From Octopus sinensis (taxonomy: Eukaryota), in the NCBI RefSeq assembly GCF_006345805.1, contig NC_043013.1:620001-684000 (forward strand): DNA of 64,000 bases, given 5' to 3'. Under the pieces are notes generated by a model. The model was not told the origin of the DNA. It worked only from the letters and a program-made list of their open reading frames with translations, and made no database searches. Below are positions 24,601-38,219 of this stretch, one piece after another (positions within the stretch are counted from its first letter, which is position 1; every line of letters starts with the position of its first letter). A program made the position numbers and the translations under genes.

Positions 24601-25759
24601 TATAACAAATGACAACAGAAGTTTCAAGATACAAATAATTACTCTTAGATGAATCCTAATTATATATCTTAATTAGATATATTCTATGAGAATATGATAT
24701 ACTGAATTTAAAATGAGTGCTCTTTGTAAATAAGTGTCAAAGTATTAATAGTATTAAAGTATTTAGACAGTTAATATGAGTGATTATATATAACACATTG
24801 TGAAGTAATAGCAGGAAACTCAATATCAAAAAACACTTCACAAAAATATGTGTAAAATAATATTGTATTAAAAATTATAAATATAGTGTATGTAAATATG
24901 TAAAATATAACAGTTTAAAAGTTAAGTATTTAATGAATCCTAATTATGAATCATTTTGAAGTTTTTTCACTCCCCACTTTTGTATTCTAATAAAGTCGTA
25001 TAGACTAATATTTGAAATATAAACAAAAGTGGCAGAATCATTATTATTATTGGGAAACTTTATTATGTCTAAGTGTTGTAATCAACAAAATAAGCATAGT
25101 TAAGGCAAGTTGACAGTCATATTTGGATTAATTTCACTTTATACTATGAATGCTTTATGGAAAGATGTGACCATCACAACCTCCCTTCTCTTCTTCCTTT
25201 TCCATTAATATTTGAAGCTTTTTGTTTCCTCAAAAAGAAAATTTAATATTAAACTTTTTTGGAGTAATATCTCAACCTTTTTTTTATTTATTTAAAAATC
25301 TCAAAACATTTCATTTCATGAAATTTTTATGTCAAAAATATTCCGTTGGAATTGGTTTCAGGCCTCGTGTTTCTATTTTACTTTTGTCTGTTATCAATTT
25401 ACTCTTCAACCTTCAATGCCTCCCCAGTAGGTGTGCTGTGCATAGCAGACAGGTAACCCTTTTACTGCCATTTCAAATATATGACAGGAATTGTATTTCT
25501 GTAGCAATAGTTCCATCAGAAATCCTTCTTGAAACCCCTGTTATTTTGAGCAAGTCTCTCTTTACAAAATAAATATAAACACTATTTCTTAGTCACAACT
25601 ACTTAATTATAGTATTGTTTTTACCTGAAATCATTAAGTTTTTCCTTGCCATTTTGAAATGCAGGTATTTTATGTGTAATTTGACAATGTTTAGGACATA
25701 AGCCTAGACAAAGGAGTAAAGAATACTTTTTAAAGGTAATATTTACCTACAACCCTAAG

Positions 25760-25950
25760 GTAGCAAGCTGGGTGAAATGCTTAGCAGTCTTTCGTCGGTC
25801 AACATTCTGAGTTCAAATTCCACTGAGGTTGACTTTGCCTTTCATCCTTTCAGGGTCGATAAATTAAGTACCAGTTGTATACTGGGATCGATCTAATCAA
25901 CTGGCCACCTCCTTGAAAATTTTGGGCCTTGTCCCTAGGGTAGAAAAGAA
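25760..25950 (+). mobile_element. SINE family B
   Basis: gggtgaaatgcttagc...ttctgagttcaaattccactgaggttgactttgcctttcatcctttcagggtcgataaattaagtaccag. Confidence 0.8.
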
Positions 25951-26156
25951 TATTTAACTACAACCCTGTTTAGGTTTTATGCTAGAAATTCATAATACAA
26001 AGCATAACATTCTGTTTTGTTGTTTAACATTGGAATGGAGAAGCTTTTTTCAACAAGTCAACTCACTGACCAAACCAAACTACTAAAAAAAAATTGAAAG
26101 TAATTTTTCGTTAGGCATGCCATTCAGAAAGTGCTTTTGGGCTGCAGTTTAGCACC

Positions 26157-26233
26157 ATGATTGGTATCCTACATTAAGCATTAATCTTCAATGATTGGTA
26201 TCCTACATTAAGCATTAATCTTCAATGATTGGT
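26157..26233. repeat. 34-bp tandem duplication (two full units plus 9 nt)
   Basis: atgattggtatcctacattaagcattaatcttca x2 then atgattggt. Confidence 0.9.
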
Positions 26234-26642
26234 GGAGCACATTAATCTTTAATAAAGCCAATACTTTTTTTAACAATTTCTAATAACTAAAAAAAAAAAA
26301 AAAACATCAAATATGCATTTATTCTTGTTCACAATAGAATTAAGTATTAAATTAAAAATGTTAAAGTTGTTTAATGAATATTTGAAATATGTTTATTTGC
26401 AAAATAGGAATCGGAATATTTGGTTCCAGTAAAATATTCTGATTGCAGTTGTTATGAGAAATTTGAGATTTTGAACATTTTTTTGTCAAATATGAAAAAA
26501 AAAATGTCTCAGATTTCCAATTTGTGAATTTCAAGAAAGTCTGTTGTAACGAGAAGCACAAAATGTCACAAACAGCCTTAATGCTACAGTTTTCTTACCT
26601 TTGATATAGAGTATGAGACCTGTTGTTAATTACTTGTATGTA

Positions 26643-26965
26643 AAGGTGTGGCTTTAATGGTTAGGATATTTGGCCCATGATCATAAGGTGCTGAGTTCAA
26701 TCCCCAGTAGCACAATGTCCTTGAGCAAGACACTTTATTTCACATTGCTCCAGTTCACTCAGCTGATAAAAATGAGCAGTACCTGTAATTCCAAAGGGGC
26801 CAACCTTGTCCCCTTCTGTGTCCAGCTGAATCTCTTTGAGAATTACGTTAAGGGTACGCATGTCTGTGGAGTGCTCAGCCACTTGCATGTTAATTTCCTG
26901 AGCAGGTTGTTCCATTGATCGGATCAGCTGGGACCCTCGTCGTCATAACTGACTGAGTACCAGTT
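26643..26965 (+). mobile_element. tRNA-derived SINE family C (CORE/V-like middle, long 3' segment)
   Basis: tggctttaatggttagg...gagttcaatccc head, gtccttgagcaagacactttatttcacattgctcc core, ttaagggtac.c.tgtctgtggagtgctcagccacttgcatgttaattt tail shared with 52120-52195. Confidence 0.75.
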
Positions 26966-27732
26966 TTAATTACTGGTCAGGCAATGCAGCTTTTGTTATT
27001 CAAAAGCTGTGACGTTGATGCCAGTTCCAGTAATAAGGAAATATCCATGATTAGATTTCATTGATGATAGGAGACTTGTATCAATAAATACCCTTCTACC
27101 ATTGTCTAACAGAAGAACAGAAACACTGCCTTTCACTTTTTGTATATTCTTCCCATTTTCTTCAGTGCAACACTATCAAGTGCTCGAGGCCTTTTAAAAC
27201 TGTTGCAATATTATAACAGCACACAGTTTTTTTCCAAAATACTCTTACTCTAATTTAGCATAGTACAATCTCAATTTAATTAGTAATTTTTGCAATTTCA
27301 AACAAATTGCAGCATAATCAACTTTGATATCCTTCAGCACACTTTGACTCATCATTACTTTTTAGTATCGTGAGCACAGCGGTTCTTTTCTTTCTATAAA
27401 TATTCTCTAAACATGTCTCTCTTTAATAAGGCTTTGACTTCCTTTTTCTAATAAGAACAACTCTTCTTTGCTTTTCCAAACCTCTATATTTATTGATGTT
27501 AATATATCTGAGGCATGGCTTTGTTATAGATACATGTATGTGTGTGTGTGTGTGTGTGTGCATATATGTACACGTGTGTGTATATAATATTTATAGATTG
27601 TAGGGCTGTGTTGGGTTGTTGGATAAGATATCAGCTTGTTGGGTCATAGGTTGTGAGTTCTATTTTTGCTCTGCGTATTAAGCTGCAAACTAACTTAGAA
27701 AGGCAATGAGGTGCGCGTGTGCATATACATAT

Positions 27733-27900
27733 GTGGAGGCACATGGCCTCGTGGTTAGTGTGTTGCACTTACAATCACAAGATATTGGTTTCAATTCCCA
27801 GGCCAGCGATGCATTGTGTTTTTTAGCAAAACACTTTATTTTACATTGCCTCAGGCCACTCAGCTGTAAAGAGGTAACCCTGCAATGGACTGGTGTCTTA
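27733..27900 (+). mobile_element. tRNA-derived SINE, family C-related
   Basis: tggcctcgtggttag...ggtttcaattccc head, ttagcaaaacactttattttacattgc core, gtaaccctgcaatggactgg. Confidence 0.65.
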
Positions 27901-29217
27901 TTTTGGTGGGGAACATTGAACCCTTTTGCCTACCTCGTCAGTGGGGTAGGATCATTCAAATGGGACAACAATGTAAAGCAGCTTTTGTGACCAGAAGTGT
28001 AGGACAACAGCTGACCGACTGGTCAACACAGTTGTAGACCAACAGCAGCATAGTGCTGAATAGATTGAGTGGCCGATGAACAGCAGTTGGCCAATTTCCA
28101 GTCCTTCATTGCCTTAGCCAAGATCACCGAGATCAGCAATAATCTACACTAGATTATAGATATCTCATCCAAGATGCCTTACTGGTTAAAGGGGCAAGAA
28201 CATATGTGTGTGTGTGTGTGTGTGAACTGCTGTTGACGTTATTCTCCATTTGTGTTGCAGAGACACATAAGACAAGCTTTAATGTGTCTATGAACATTTC
28301 AAGAATGGATGTTAGTCAACAACTTTTCCTCTACAAATATAAACTCTTCACATTGTATAGAGTGCTCTTTTCTTTCATTTGTGTGTGTATAATATATATA
28401 TATAACATATATAATATATATATATATGTGTGTGTGTATGGAGGGTGCTGGAACAAGAGTAGCAATTTTAGTTTCCATTCCTTAATAGTAAAGGAATTTG
28501 TTTGGACCTAACTGACTATTTCAGTTTTTATTCTTCATTTGGCACACCTTCAATCACTTTTAAGTTGAATCGTATTTTTGTAATACATCCATTTCAATTA
28601 AACTAACAAAAAGTCTTATTGTTTTCAAAAACCCTCGTTTATTCCTATGTAATTAATTTCCTTGTTTTGAGTATTAAAAAAAAAAGAAAAGGAAAACAGG
28701 TTGACTTTTAGGACACTTTATGTCATTTTTTTTTGTTTTCTCACCTTTTTTTTTTTTTTTTTTTTTGTAAATAAACTTGATACTTCCAATGAAGTCCCCC
28801 CCCCAGCCCTTCCCCAGTTTTCAGTGAAATGAAATGCTTTGTTGCAGAAGAAACCTTACCCTGCGAGATATAATATTACATTATATCTCTTTTCCCCCAG
28901 CAATTATTTTTTCTTTTTTCTTTTCTTTTTTTTTTTTTTCTAGACCTTGTTCATTTTTTGTCTTAAATACTTGCCTCTAAATAACAAGTCTCTTGAATGA
29001 CTTAATTTCTTTCTACTGAATGCTGATATCTTTGAAGATGGTGTAAATAGTTCTGGTTTTGTATAAAGATTTACAATAAATTCTTTATTGATTACAGTAA
29101 TTTAGTTTTGTGTTTTTACTTCATTAAAAAGTGTTTGAAGGAGTCTGACGAATTCAGTCGCTGAAGACTGTGTCCATAGCAAAAGCTGCTTAACTTTAAT
29201 TTTCTGCACAATTAAAG

Positions 29218-29415
29218 CAGGGGGAGCTGGCAGAAACGTTAGCACGTTGGGCGAAATGCTGAGTGGTATTTCGTCCGTTCAAATTCTGCCGAGGTCGACT
29301 TTGCCTTTCATCCTTTCGGGAGTTGATAAATTAAGTACTAGTTTCGTAGTGGATTCGATCTAATTGACTGACCCCACTCCCCCCAAATTTCGGGTCTTGT
29401 CCCTAGAGTAAAGAA
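29218..29415 (+). mobile_element. SINE family B
   Basis: gggagctggcagaaacgttagcacg..gggcgaaatgct...gtcgactttgcctttcatcctttcggg. Confidence 0.8.
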
Positions 29416-29604
29416 TTTTCTGCACAATCATGGGCTAGGGATCCACAGAAAACAATGTGTTGTTAATGAATCTTTCATGATTTGAATTCAGAATTGAAGG
29501 ATTAGGGGCTTAACATATGGCCCTAATTAATCAATTCTATCACCAACCTACAAAATAGACAAGGTAGGAAGGAAAGCTATTATTCTATAGAATATTAGCT
29601 GGCT

Positions 29605-30065
29605 GTAGAGGTGCTATAGCCCAGTGGTTAGGGTAGCGGACTTGCGGTTTCGATTCCCAGACTGGGCATTGTGAGTGTTTATTGAATGAAAACGCCTAAA
29701 GCTCCACGAGGCTCCAGCAGGAGAGTGGTGGTGACCCCTGCTGTACTCTTTCACCACAACTTTCTCTCACTCTTCCTGTTTCTGTTGTACCTGTATTTCA
29801 AAGGGTCAGCCTTGTCATGCTGAATCTCCCCAAGAACTATGTTAAGGGTACACGTGTCTTGCATGTTAATAAATGAGCTGTGACATCACTGGTGCCAAGC
29901 TGTATCGGCCCCTTTTCCTTGGATAACATCGGTGGCATGGGAAGAGGAGGCTGGTATGCATGAGCGACTGCTGGTCTTCCATAAAAATCACCTTGCCCAG
30001 ACTTGTGCCTCTGAGGGTAACTTTCTAGGTGCAGTCCCATGGCCATTCATGACCGAAGCGGGTCA
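29605..30065 (+). mobile_element. tRNA-headed SINE-like composite
   Basis: tagcccagtggttagg head; middle shared with 52200-52455 (-); distinct 3' segment. Confidence 0.65.
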
Positions 30066-30765
30066 CAACATAAGCTGGCCATATAAAATGTGGTTCGTTG
30101 AAATCTTCAATCATAATTTACATTGTATGATGAGAGATAGAGAGAAAATTAATCTTAAGTTAATTGATAGAGAAATATTGAAAGTAACAAGCAGTGGAAG
30201 GGCAATGGTGAAGCTGATCAGAACGGAGTTGATGGATGCCAAACATATGACTTGCTTACACATTCATACAGACAGATTTTGAGAGTGTATATACTCCACT
30301 ATGCGATTGCAGCCACTGGAAAGTACACAAAGCATATACATTAGGTATGTATGAGAGTATTTTACTCAAGACTTCAAGAGGTATATGGGCTTTGGAGAAG
30401 AGGCACAGCAAAACTCCTGGCTCTTGACAGCAAAATGGTACTCCAGAAAAAATCAGAGGTCCTTGATAGATTTGCCAATCCCTTTGACAGCCTGCTTAAT
30501 ATCCCAGGTATTGTGGTTTAAATTCCCCTCGAAAAGGTTACACAAAGGTCAACCAGCCAATCCTTAGAGGACAAACCTACTTATATATTGTTAATAATAT
30601 ATTGAGATAAAGATGGTTATGACTGGTCTTTGGGGTTAGAGGATACTGGCCATTAGGGTCTGATGAAACACTGTAAAGCTAAATACTTTATGAACGTGAA
30701 ACCCAGGATGACACCACAAACTGACCATAATTATCTTCTCTTCTGGATGTATGATTTACTGATGA

Positions 30766-33240
30766 TATCATCATCATTGTCGTTTAACATCCGCTGTCCA
30801 TGCTGGTATGGGTTGGACGGTTTGACTGAGGGCTGGAAAACCAGAAGACTGCACCAGGCTCCAATCTGATCTGGCAATGTTTCTACAGCTGGATGCCCTT
30901 CCTAATGCCAACCACTCTGAAAGTGTAGTGGGTGCTTTTTATGTGCCACTGGCATGAGGGTCAGCCAGGCAGTACTGATATTGGTCACACTTGAATGGTG
31001 CTTTTTACGTGCCACCAGCACGGGTGTCAGTCAGGTGACACTGGCAATCACCACACTCAACTGTTGCCTTTTGCATGCCACCAGTAACTGGCATCGATCA
31101 TGCTCGAATGGAGCTTTTCATGTGCCACTGGCATGGGAGTCAGTCAGGCAGCACTGACAATGATTACGCTTGAATGATGCTTTTTAGGTGACACTCAGGC
31201 GGTACTGTCATTGGTCACGGCAATGACTTCACTTGATTCAACAGGTCTTCACAAGTGCAGCTTATTGCCCAATGATTGAAGGCTACTCTTAAATGAGCCA
31301 GTTATGCTGCACTGGCATAGGCCTTGGTTATGGTCTCACTTGGCTTGCTGGATCTTCTCAAGCACAGCGTATTTCCAAAGGTCCCGGTCACTTGTCATTG
31401 CCTCTGTGAAGCCCAACGTTTGAAAGTCATGCTTCACCATCTCATCCCAGGTCTTCATAAACCTACCTCTTCCACAGGTTCCCTCTATTGCTAGGGTGTG
31501 ACACTTTTTCACACAGCTATCCTCATCCATATGCAACGCATGACCATACCAGCGCAGTTGTCTCTCATGCACACCACACTTGATGCTTCTTAGGTCCAAC
31601 TTTTCTCTCAGTGCTTACACTCTGTCATGTATGCACATTGACATTACACATCCATCGGAGAATACTGGCTCCATTCCTTGCAAGCTTACACATGTCCTCA
31701 GCATGTCATAGCCCATGTTTGACTGCCATGTAGCATGGCTGTTTGCACACATGCATCATACAGTCTACCTTTTACTCTGAGCAAGAGGCCTTTGTCATCA
31801 GCAGAGGTAGGAGCTCTCTGAACTTTGCCCAGGCTATTCTTATTCTAGTAGCTACACTCTCAGAGCATCCACCTCCACTACTGACTTGGTCACCGAGGTA
31901 ACAGAAGCTATCAACTACTTCTAGTTTTTTCTCCTGGCATGAGGTGGAAGCTGTTTTCTGCACATTTTCAGTGTTTATTGCTCCTGAGCATTTGTCACAC
32001 ACAAAAGCTGTCTTCCCAGTTAGTCTTCCTTTGATAATACTGCACCTCTTATGTGTCCTTGGCTTACACCGGGTGCATCTTGTGGAGTTTCTTCCTACGT
32101 TTTTTCTACAGATCAAGTAGGGGGTGTCTACCTGAAGGGATTTGTGGTTTGTCTGCCTTCTTACTTATTAAGACTTTGGTTTTTGCCAGATTGACTCTAA
32201 CGCCCTTTGATTTTAGACCTTGCTTTCCACACCTGAAACTTCTCTAGTTCTGATAGTGACTCAGCTATTAGAGCAAGGTCACCAGCATAAAGAAGCTCCC
32301 GGGGGTAACCTGTCTTGAATTCCTCTGTTATTGCTTGGAGATTATAATGAATAAGAGGGGGCTGAGGACAGATCCTTGGTGGATTGCTACCCTTTGCTGG
32401 AATTCTTCACTATACTCATTGCCAACCCTCACCTTACTGACAGCATCCTTGTACATGGCTTGTACAGCTCTCACTAACAACTCATCTATCCCTAGTTTCT
32501 GCATTGACCACCAGATAAGGGATCAGGGGACCCTGTCAAAGGCTTTCTCTATGTCAACAAAAGCCAGGTACAGAGGTTTATCTTTGGCTAGGAATTTCTC
32601 CTGCAGCTGTCTTACCAGAAATCTAGCATCAGTGGTGCTTTTCCCTAGCACAAACTCAAACTCCATCTCATCTAGACTGATTCTCTCCCTAATTAGTTGA
32701 ACTATGGCCCTCTCTGTGACTTTCATTACCTGATCCAACAACTTGATACCTCTGTAATTATTCGTATCTAATGCATCACCTTTGCCTTTGTAGCAGTTGA
32801 CTATGGTGCTGCTACACCAGTCATTGGGTATGTCTCCTTCATGTATCACCTGGTTGACTATATGGGTGAAGGTACTGTCAATTCGGATAGCTGGTCCCTC
32901 TGTTGGGTTGACATTCGGCAGACTCTTTCTCCCATTCATTCTCTTCACTGAGCAATCTTTCATAGTGCCATCTCCAAGTCTCTCTCTTTGCAGCCTCATT
33001 AAATGTAAGTGAGCCATCATCCATGCCAACACATTTCTCTCCTATGATATCACGATTTTCTTTCACACAGTCTTGCAACACGAAATACTTCAAGTCTTTG
33101 GTCCTCAATACACAGAATATTCTACACAAATCTACATGTCTCTCTTCAAGTATCTCGACAATCTCACCAGACTTACCTTTCAATGTGCCAACTCTGAGTG
33201 TGGGTGAAATATAACATTAAAATGATACCTTTGAACAATT
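30766..33240 (-). mobile_element. Decayed, internally deleted RTE LINE (APE start, RT, C-terminus, 3'UTR with 5 repeat units, GAT tail)
   Basis: TLRVGTLKGKSGEIVEILEERHVDLC (APE N-terminus), YKGKGDAL..NYRGIKLL, RQLQEK, AFVDIEKAFDRVP*, GSVLSPLLF, LYAGD, RIRIAWAKFRELLP, QLRWYGH; frameshifts and stops. Confidence 0.92.
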
Positions 33241-33438
33241 TCACTCAAAATACTTCCCTTTTAGTACTGCAAACATGAAAGGAATTTTCATGAATGTCTG
33301 AGAGTCCATCATCGTTTTACTTCAAGCTGTTTATTAAATCTAGAAATATATAAAATAACAACTTGTAATGTCCACACGTCTTTTCTGTCACACTCATAGA
33401 AGAAGACATTAACACGAATGTATTTGTTGGTTTCTGAC

Positions 33439-33672
33439 CAGTGGTCCTCAACCCATTTTTGCCTGTGGACCTTCTTTGGTTCCGGTTCTGCTTGGCTTGA
33501 CCCTCATGGTCATTCAATGTTTAAAAATACTTCTTAGTAATTGTATAAAAAAAATTAGAATATTTTGTGTATTGTACTAGTATAACCAATTTATTGCTGA
33601 TAAATTTTAACAAAATCTTATATGGTCACATGGACCCCTAAAGATCATATGGACCCCAGTTGAGAACCACTG
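33439..33672. mobile_element. hAT/Charlie-type MITE (234 bp)
   Basis: TIRs cagtggtcctcaac / gttgagaaccactg; 8-bp flanks tttctgac and gttcaggg only half match (old insertion). Confidence 0.75.
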
Positions 33673-34692
33673 GTTCAGGGTCAGCTGCTGATGTTTAACT
33701 CCAAGTTAAGTTGACCAATGACTAAATATGGTGTGGTGACGACCATCTTAACTCTTCATTTAGTCAACACACACAAAGCTTGGATGCTTTTAGAAGTATC
33801 CACTCTACTGCCAGCACAATGGAACCTTGGTTTATGAATCTGAATCATTCCTGAAGGCTGTTCATCAGCCAAATTGTTTGTAAACCGAAACTACTTTCCC
33901 TAAAGGAAATTCAAAAGAAGGCACACAGCAAATTCAAGCTGGGATGTGCACTGAATCAAAAATAGACACCACCTGGCGTTCTCCTGCTGATGCTCCTAGC
34001 TTGATGCCAACCATCAACAATGGTTGGCATGTTCATTAATTGAGACACCATTCATCACCAGAGATATTTTGTGTTCAAAGAATTGTTCTGTAAACCAGTT
34101 TGTTTGTGATGAGAGGGATTCATAGACGAAAGGTTCCACTGTATTTGAACCAGGTCTACAGTCTGAGAATAACTTCTTTCCAGAGGCCCTGGAACAATTT
34201 ATTGTCCCTCTCCAATTCCTTCTCTGGTTATCTTTTTATCTTTGACTTGTTTCAGTTATTGAGCTGTGGCCAAGCTGGAGCACCACCTTGAAAGATTTAG
34301 TTGAACAAATCAATCCCAGCACTTGTTTTCCTTAAAATTGGTACTTATTCTATTGGGCTCCTTTTGTTGAAATGCTAATCATATATGATGTTTATTTATA
34401 TATATTATTATATTTTTAAACATCGGACTTTATATCTGTTCTGTAGATATAAATGAATATATGAATATAGGTATGTATTTGAGCTTTCTGTGTGGATTTT
34501 AGTAATGTTCCTTTAGTTACTGTTCACATTGCCTCCGCTCAGATTAAGAAGTGGAATATAGCTCATTTGCAGCACTACAACTCCAGTCTGTTTTATATTT
34601 GTAGTATTGTTATTACTAGCGATCTCAAGATATAATTGTGTATATTGTATTATATATATATGTATATATCCATCCATCCACCCAAGAGTCAT

Positions 34693-34930
34693 GGAATGGA
34701 GTAGATAAGGTCTGGGCTATATATGTTTCATAGTGAGCGGAATCTCAGAAGGTGAGGTGTATACTGTGAGCTACTCTTCAAGCTGAAGATAGTCACAGAC
34801 CCAGCAACTCTGATCACCTAGTGTGAAATATAAAAAGAACTTTTTTCAATTTACCGTACTTTGATATGAAAAAATCCACAACCTTCCGTCTCAATAAACC
34901 ATTATTGTCCCTGAAAGTTGTCTTTTTATA
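34693..34930 (+). mobile_element. Right half of a long-TIR element
   Basis: 34693-34750 matches 63752-63805 directly; 34785-34930 is reverse complementary to 63604-63735. Confidence 0.6.
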
Positions 34931-34984
34931 TTTATTACGAATTGCCTGAAGCTAATTTTCTTCCTACACCTCAATCCCAGGGTC

Positions 34985-35270
34985 TTACATCATCATCATT
35001 ATCATCATTGTCGTTTAACATCTGCTTTCCATGCTGGCATGGGTTAGACAGTTTGACTGAGGACTGGCAAGCCAGAAGTCTGCACCAGGCTCCAATCTGA
35101 TCTGGCAAAGTTTCTACAGCTGGATGCCCTTCCTAATGCCAACCACTCCAAGAGTGTAGTGGGTGCTTTTTATGTGCCACCGGTGCAAGGGCCAATCAGG
35201 CAGTATTGGCTTTGACCACACTTGAATGGTGCTTTTTATGTGCCACCGGCATGGGATTCAGTCAGGCAGC
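34985..35270 (-). mobile_element. RTE 3'UTR-only copy
   Basis: (CAT)n, ccatgctggcatggg, ctacagctggatgcccttcctaatgccaacc, repeat units. Confidence 0.8.
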
Positions 35271-35369
35271 ACACTATATATAAATATATGTGTATATATG
35301 TATATAGATATCAGTATTACATTATAGTGACATTCATATGTGTCTCATGAAAAGCACTCTACACTTTGC

Positions 35370-35965
35370 AGAGAGGTTGGCCTTTGGAAGGGCATCCAGG
35401 TGTAGGAACCAAGTCAAAACAAACAATGGAGTCTCGTGCAGCATTACAAGCTCCAGTCAAACTGTCCAACCCATGCCAGCATGGAAAAGGAACGTCAAAT
35501 GATGATGGTGGTGATATATGTATATATGATGGGATTTTTTCAGCTCCTGTCTATCAAAACCACTCACAAGGCTTTGGTGGGATTGAGACTTCAGTAAAAG
35601 ACACTTGCCGAAGGTGCCATGCAGTGGGACTGAACCTAGGACCATGTGGTTGGGAAAAAACTTCTTACCACATGTTTTATTTTGAAATGCATTAGTAAAG
35701 TTTCATTTAACATGTCTCCAATTAATTGTACATTTTAATTATAATTGTGTCTTTTTTACCAGTTTCAATATTCTTTTCTACCCTAGGCTCAAGGCCTGAA
35801 ATTTTTGGGGGAGGGGGCCAGTCAATTAGATCGACCCCAGTACGCAACTGGTACTTCATTTATCGACCCTGAAAGGATGAAAATCAAAGTCAACCTCGGC
35901 AGAATTTGAACTCAGAATGTAAAGGCAGATAAAAAACTGGTAAGCATTTCACCCAGCTCGCTGCC
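35370..35965. mobile_element. Cluster: RTE-tail remnant (+, 35370-35515), family A SINE (-, 35528-35670), family B SINE (-, 35770-35965)
   Basis: Motif matches to other copies in the window. Confidence 0.7.
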
Positions 35966-37069
35966 TTTTACCAGTTTCAATATTAAATAGTTAAATTCTA
36001 TTTATTCATATAGAATTCCCCCACCCCACCACCATCTTCTATACCTTTTGTCAATTCGTTAGTAGTAGTATGGGGCCATGCGCAGTAACAGCATGTCCCT
36101 GCTTCCACCATTTGGCAGACGATGTCTTTGCACCATTCAGGTAACAATCTGCCAAGCCCATGGATCTGTTTGATGAGTTTTTACTAGTGAGGGTTTTGTG
36201 AGGTCGGAATGCAAATCCTGCCTCAGACTCTTTTAGTCACTTTTTATGACATGTAGAGGAAACTTAGGGTCTGTTCTTTGATACACCAATCCCCACACAA
36301 CACTAGAGCAACATGAAAGGAAGGGTTTTGACGGCACCCAATTAAGGAACCGAACCGATGATCTAACGATTGTGAGCACTACACCCTAATCATTAGGCCA
36401 AGCAGCCAATTTATTGTTGAGGTCTAACTTTTATTGTTCAATTCCAAATTATTTTAATCTATATTTTCTTTTACGTACCCCATTTAACATTTAGTAATTA
36501 TTCGTGATACATTTTCATTTGATAGTTACTCTCCATTTCCAAACAGTATTGACTAACTGCACCACATCAACATACTTTGGAGCCAGCTCAACTCTTTTGC
36601 TCGTGTTGCCTCTCCAACAGCTCAGATATCATTGGTTCTTTATTGGCAGCTGTTCTACTTCCTGAATTTTTGCAGAGAAAGAGAGAGAGAGAGAGATTTT
36701 GTTGTCAACTGACAAGCTGTTCTCTAAATAACTCCTATTCTGTGCCCTGTCTCATGTTTTCATATAAGCCACTCCAGCACTAACTGGGTCACCTAGATGT
36801 TAGAATTGTGTGTGTGTGTGTGTGTGTGTAATTGTTGATATTCAAGTGTTTTTAATTGTATCTTTGTTATATAAGAAGAAATAATGAAAGTACATTTGAG
36901 GTGGGCCATGAAATGCAGCAAGGGCTGCAGGTTTTAAAAATTGCGTCATTGCACAACACATTAGCCAATGTCTTCTACAATTACCTTGAGCTGACCAATA
37001 CCTTATGAATGGGGTTTGGTTTGCAGGAACTGTACTGAAACCTGTTGTCTTGCACAAACATATACAATG

Positions 37070-37445
37070 TTGGTGAAGGTGTGGCTGTGTGGTAAGAAGT
37101 TTGCTTCCCAACCACATGGTTGTGGGTTCAGTCCCACTGTGTGACACCTTGAGCCACTATTTTCTAGTATAGCCCTATGCTTACCAAAGCCTTGTGAGTG
37201 GATTTGGTAGATGGAAACTGAAAGAAGCCTGTCGTAGATAAGTGTGTGTGTGGCTTTGTGCTTGTCCCCCACCATTGCTTGATAACCAGTGTTGGTTGTT
37301 TACATCCCTGTAACTTAGGGGTTCAGCAAAAGAGACAGGCTTCAAAAAAAAAACACTAGGGTCGATTCATTCAACTGAACCCTTCAGGGAAGTGCCCCAG
37401 CATGGCCTCAGTCCAATGATGGAAACAAGTAAAAAGGATAAAAAG
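37070..37445 (+). mobile_element. Family A SINE, full length
   Basis: Head, core, short TG tract and 3' segment ending gaaacaagtaaaaaggataaaaag. Confidence 0.85.
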
Positions 37446-37479
37446 AGAAAAAAATAAAAGATAAAGACACAAATGTACA

Positions 37480-37852
37480 CTAACATACACACACACTCAT
37501 ACACACACATGTACATGCACACGCATGCACCCACCCACCCACACACATGCACACCCACATACATACACACATGCACATGCAACACACACACATGCTCACA
37601 CGCATGCACACACATGCAGAGATATAGACATGCACACACGCACACATATGAGGAGGTGTTTGTATCTTTTGTTGATGTAAATTAAAGAAAGACGGAAAGA
37701 TGACTGAGAAAACTGGAAAAACCCTGATGTCATTGCGATGGGATGGCCATTTGGGGTTGGAAGTAGACAGGAAAGCTGTCCTTGAAAGGACAACATACAC
37801 TGCTGGAAACCACAACACAAATACAAACAGGCATATTAATGTAAATGTGTGT

Positions 37853-37897
<45 letters not shown>

Positions 37898-37995
37898 GTG
37901 TGTGTGTGTGTGTGTATGTGCGTGTGTGTGTGCGTGTGTGTGTGTGTGTGCGTGCGTGTGTGTGTGTGTGTGTGTGTATGTGCGTGTGTGTGTGT
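37480..37995. repeat. Degenerate (CA)n tract (37480-37650) and (TG)n tract (37847-37995)
   Basis: Direct reading. Confidence 0.9.
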
Positions 37996-38219
37996 ACAAA
38001 AAAATGTACATATAAAGAAAGTTTGTCTAACACAGAATAGAATTGATATCAGGAATTAAAAGGTTTGAATACAAGTTTTGCAAGTCCAACAGCTATTCCT
38101 GCTGGTTTGGTGGTTAATTGGGTCCATCGTCTGGTGTCTAAATTGTTTGCCCTTACATTTACTCTCTCTCTCTCTATATATATGTGTGTGTGTGTGGTGT
38201 GTGTGTGTGTGTGTGTGTG

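Noticed and set aside
29144-29175. CTGACGA followed by a ttcag/ctgaa stem (hammerhead-like)
   Set aside because: No GAAA after the stem and no stem I/III pairing.
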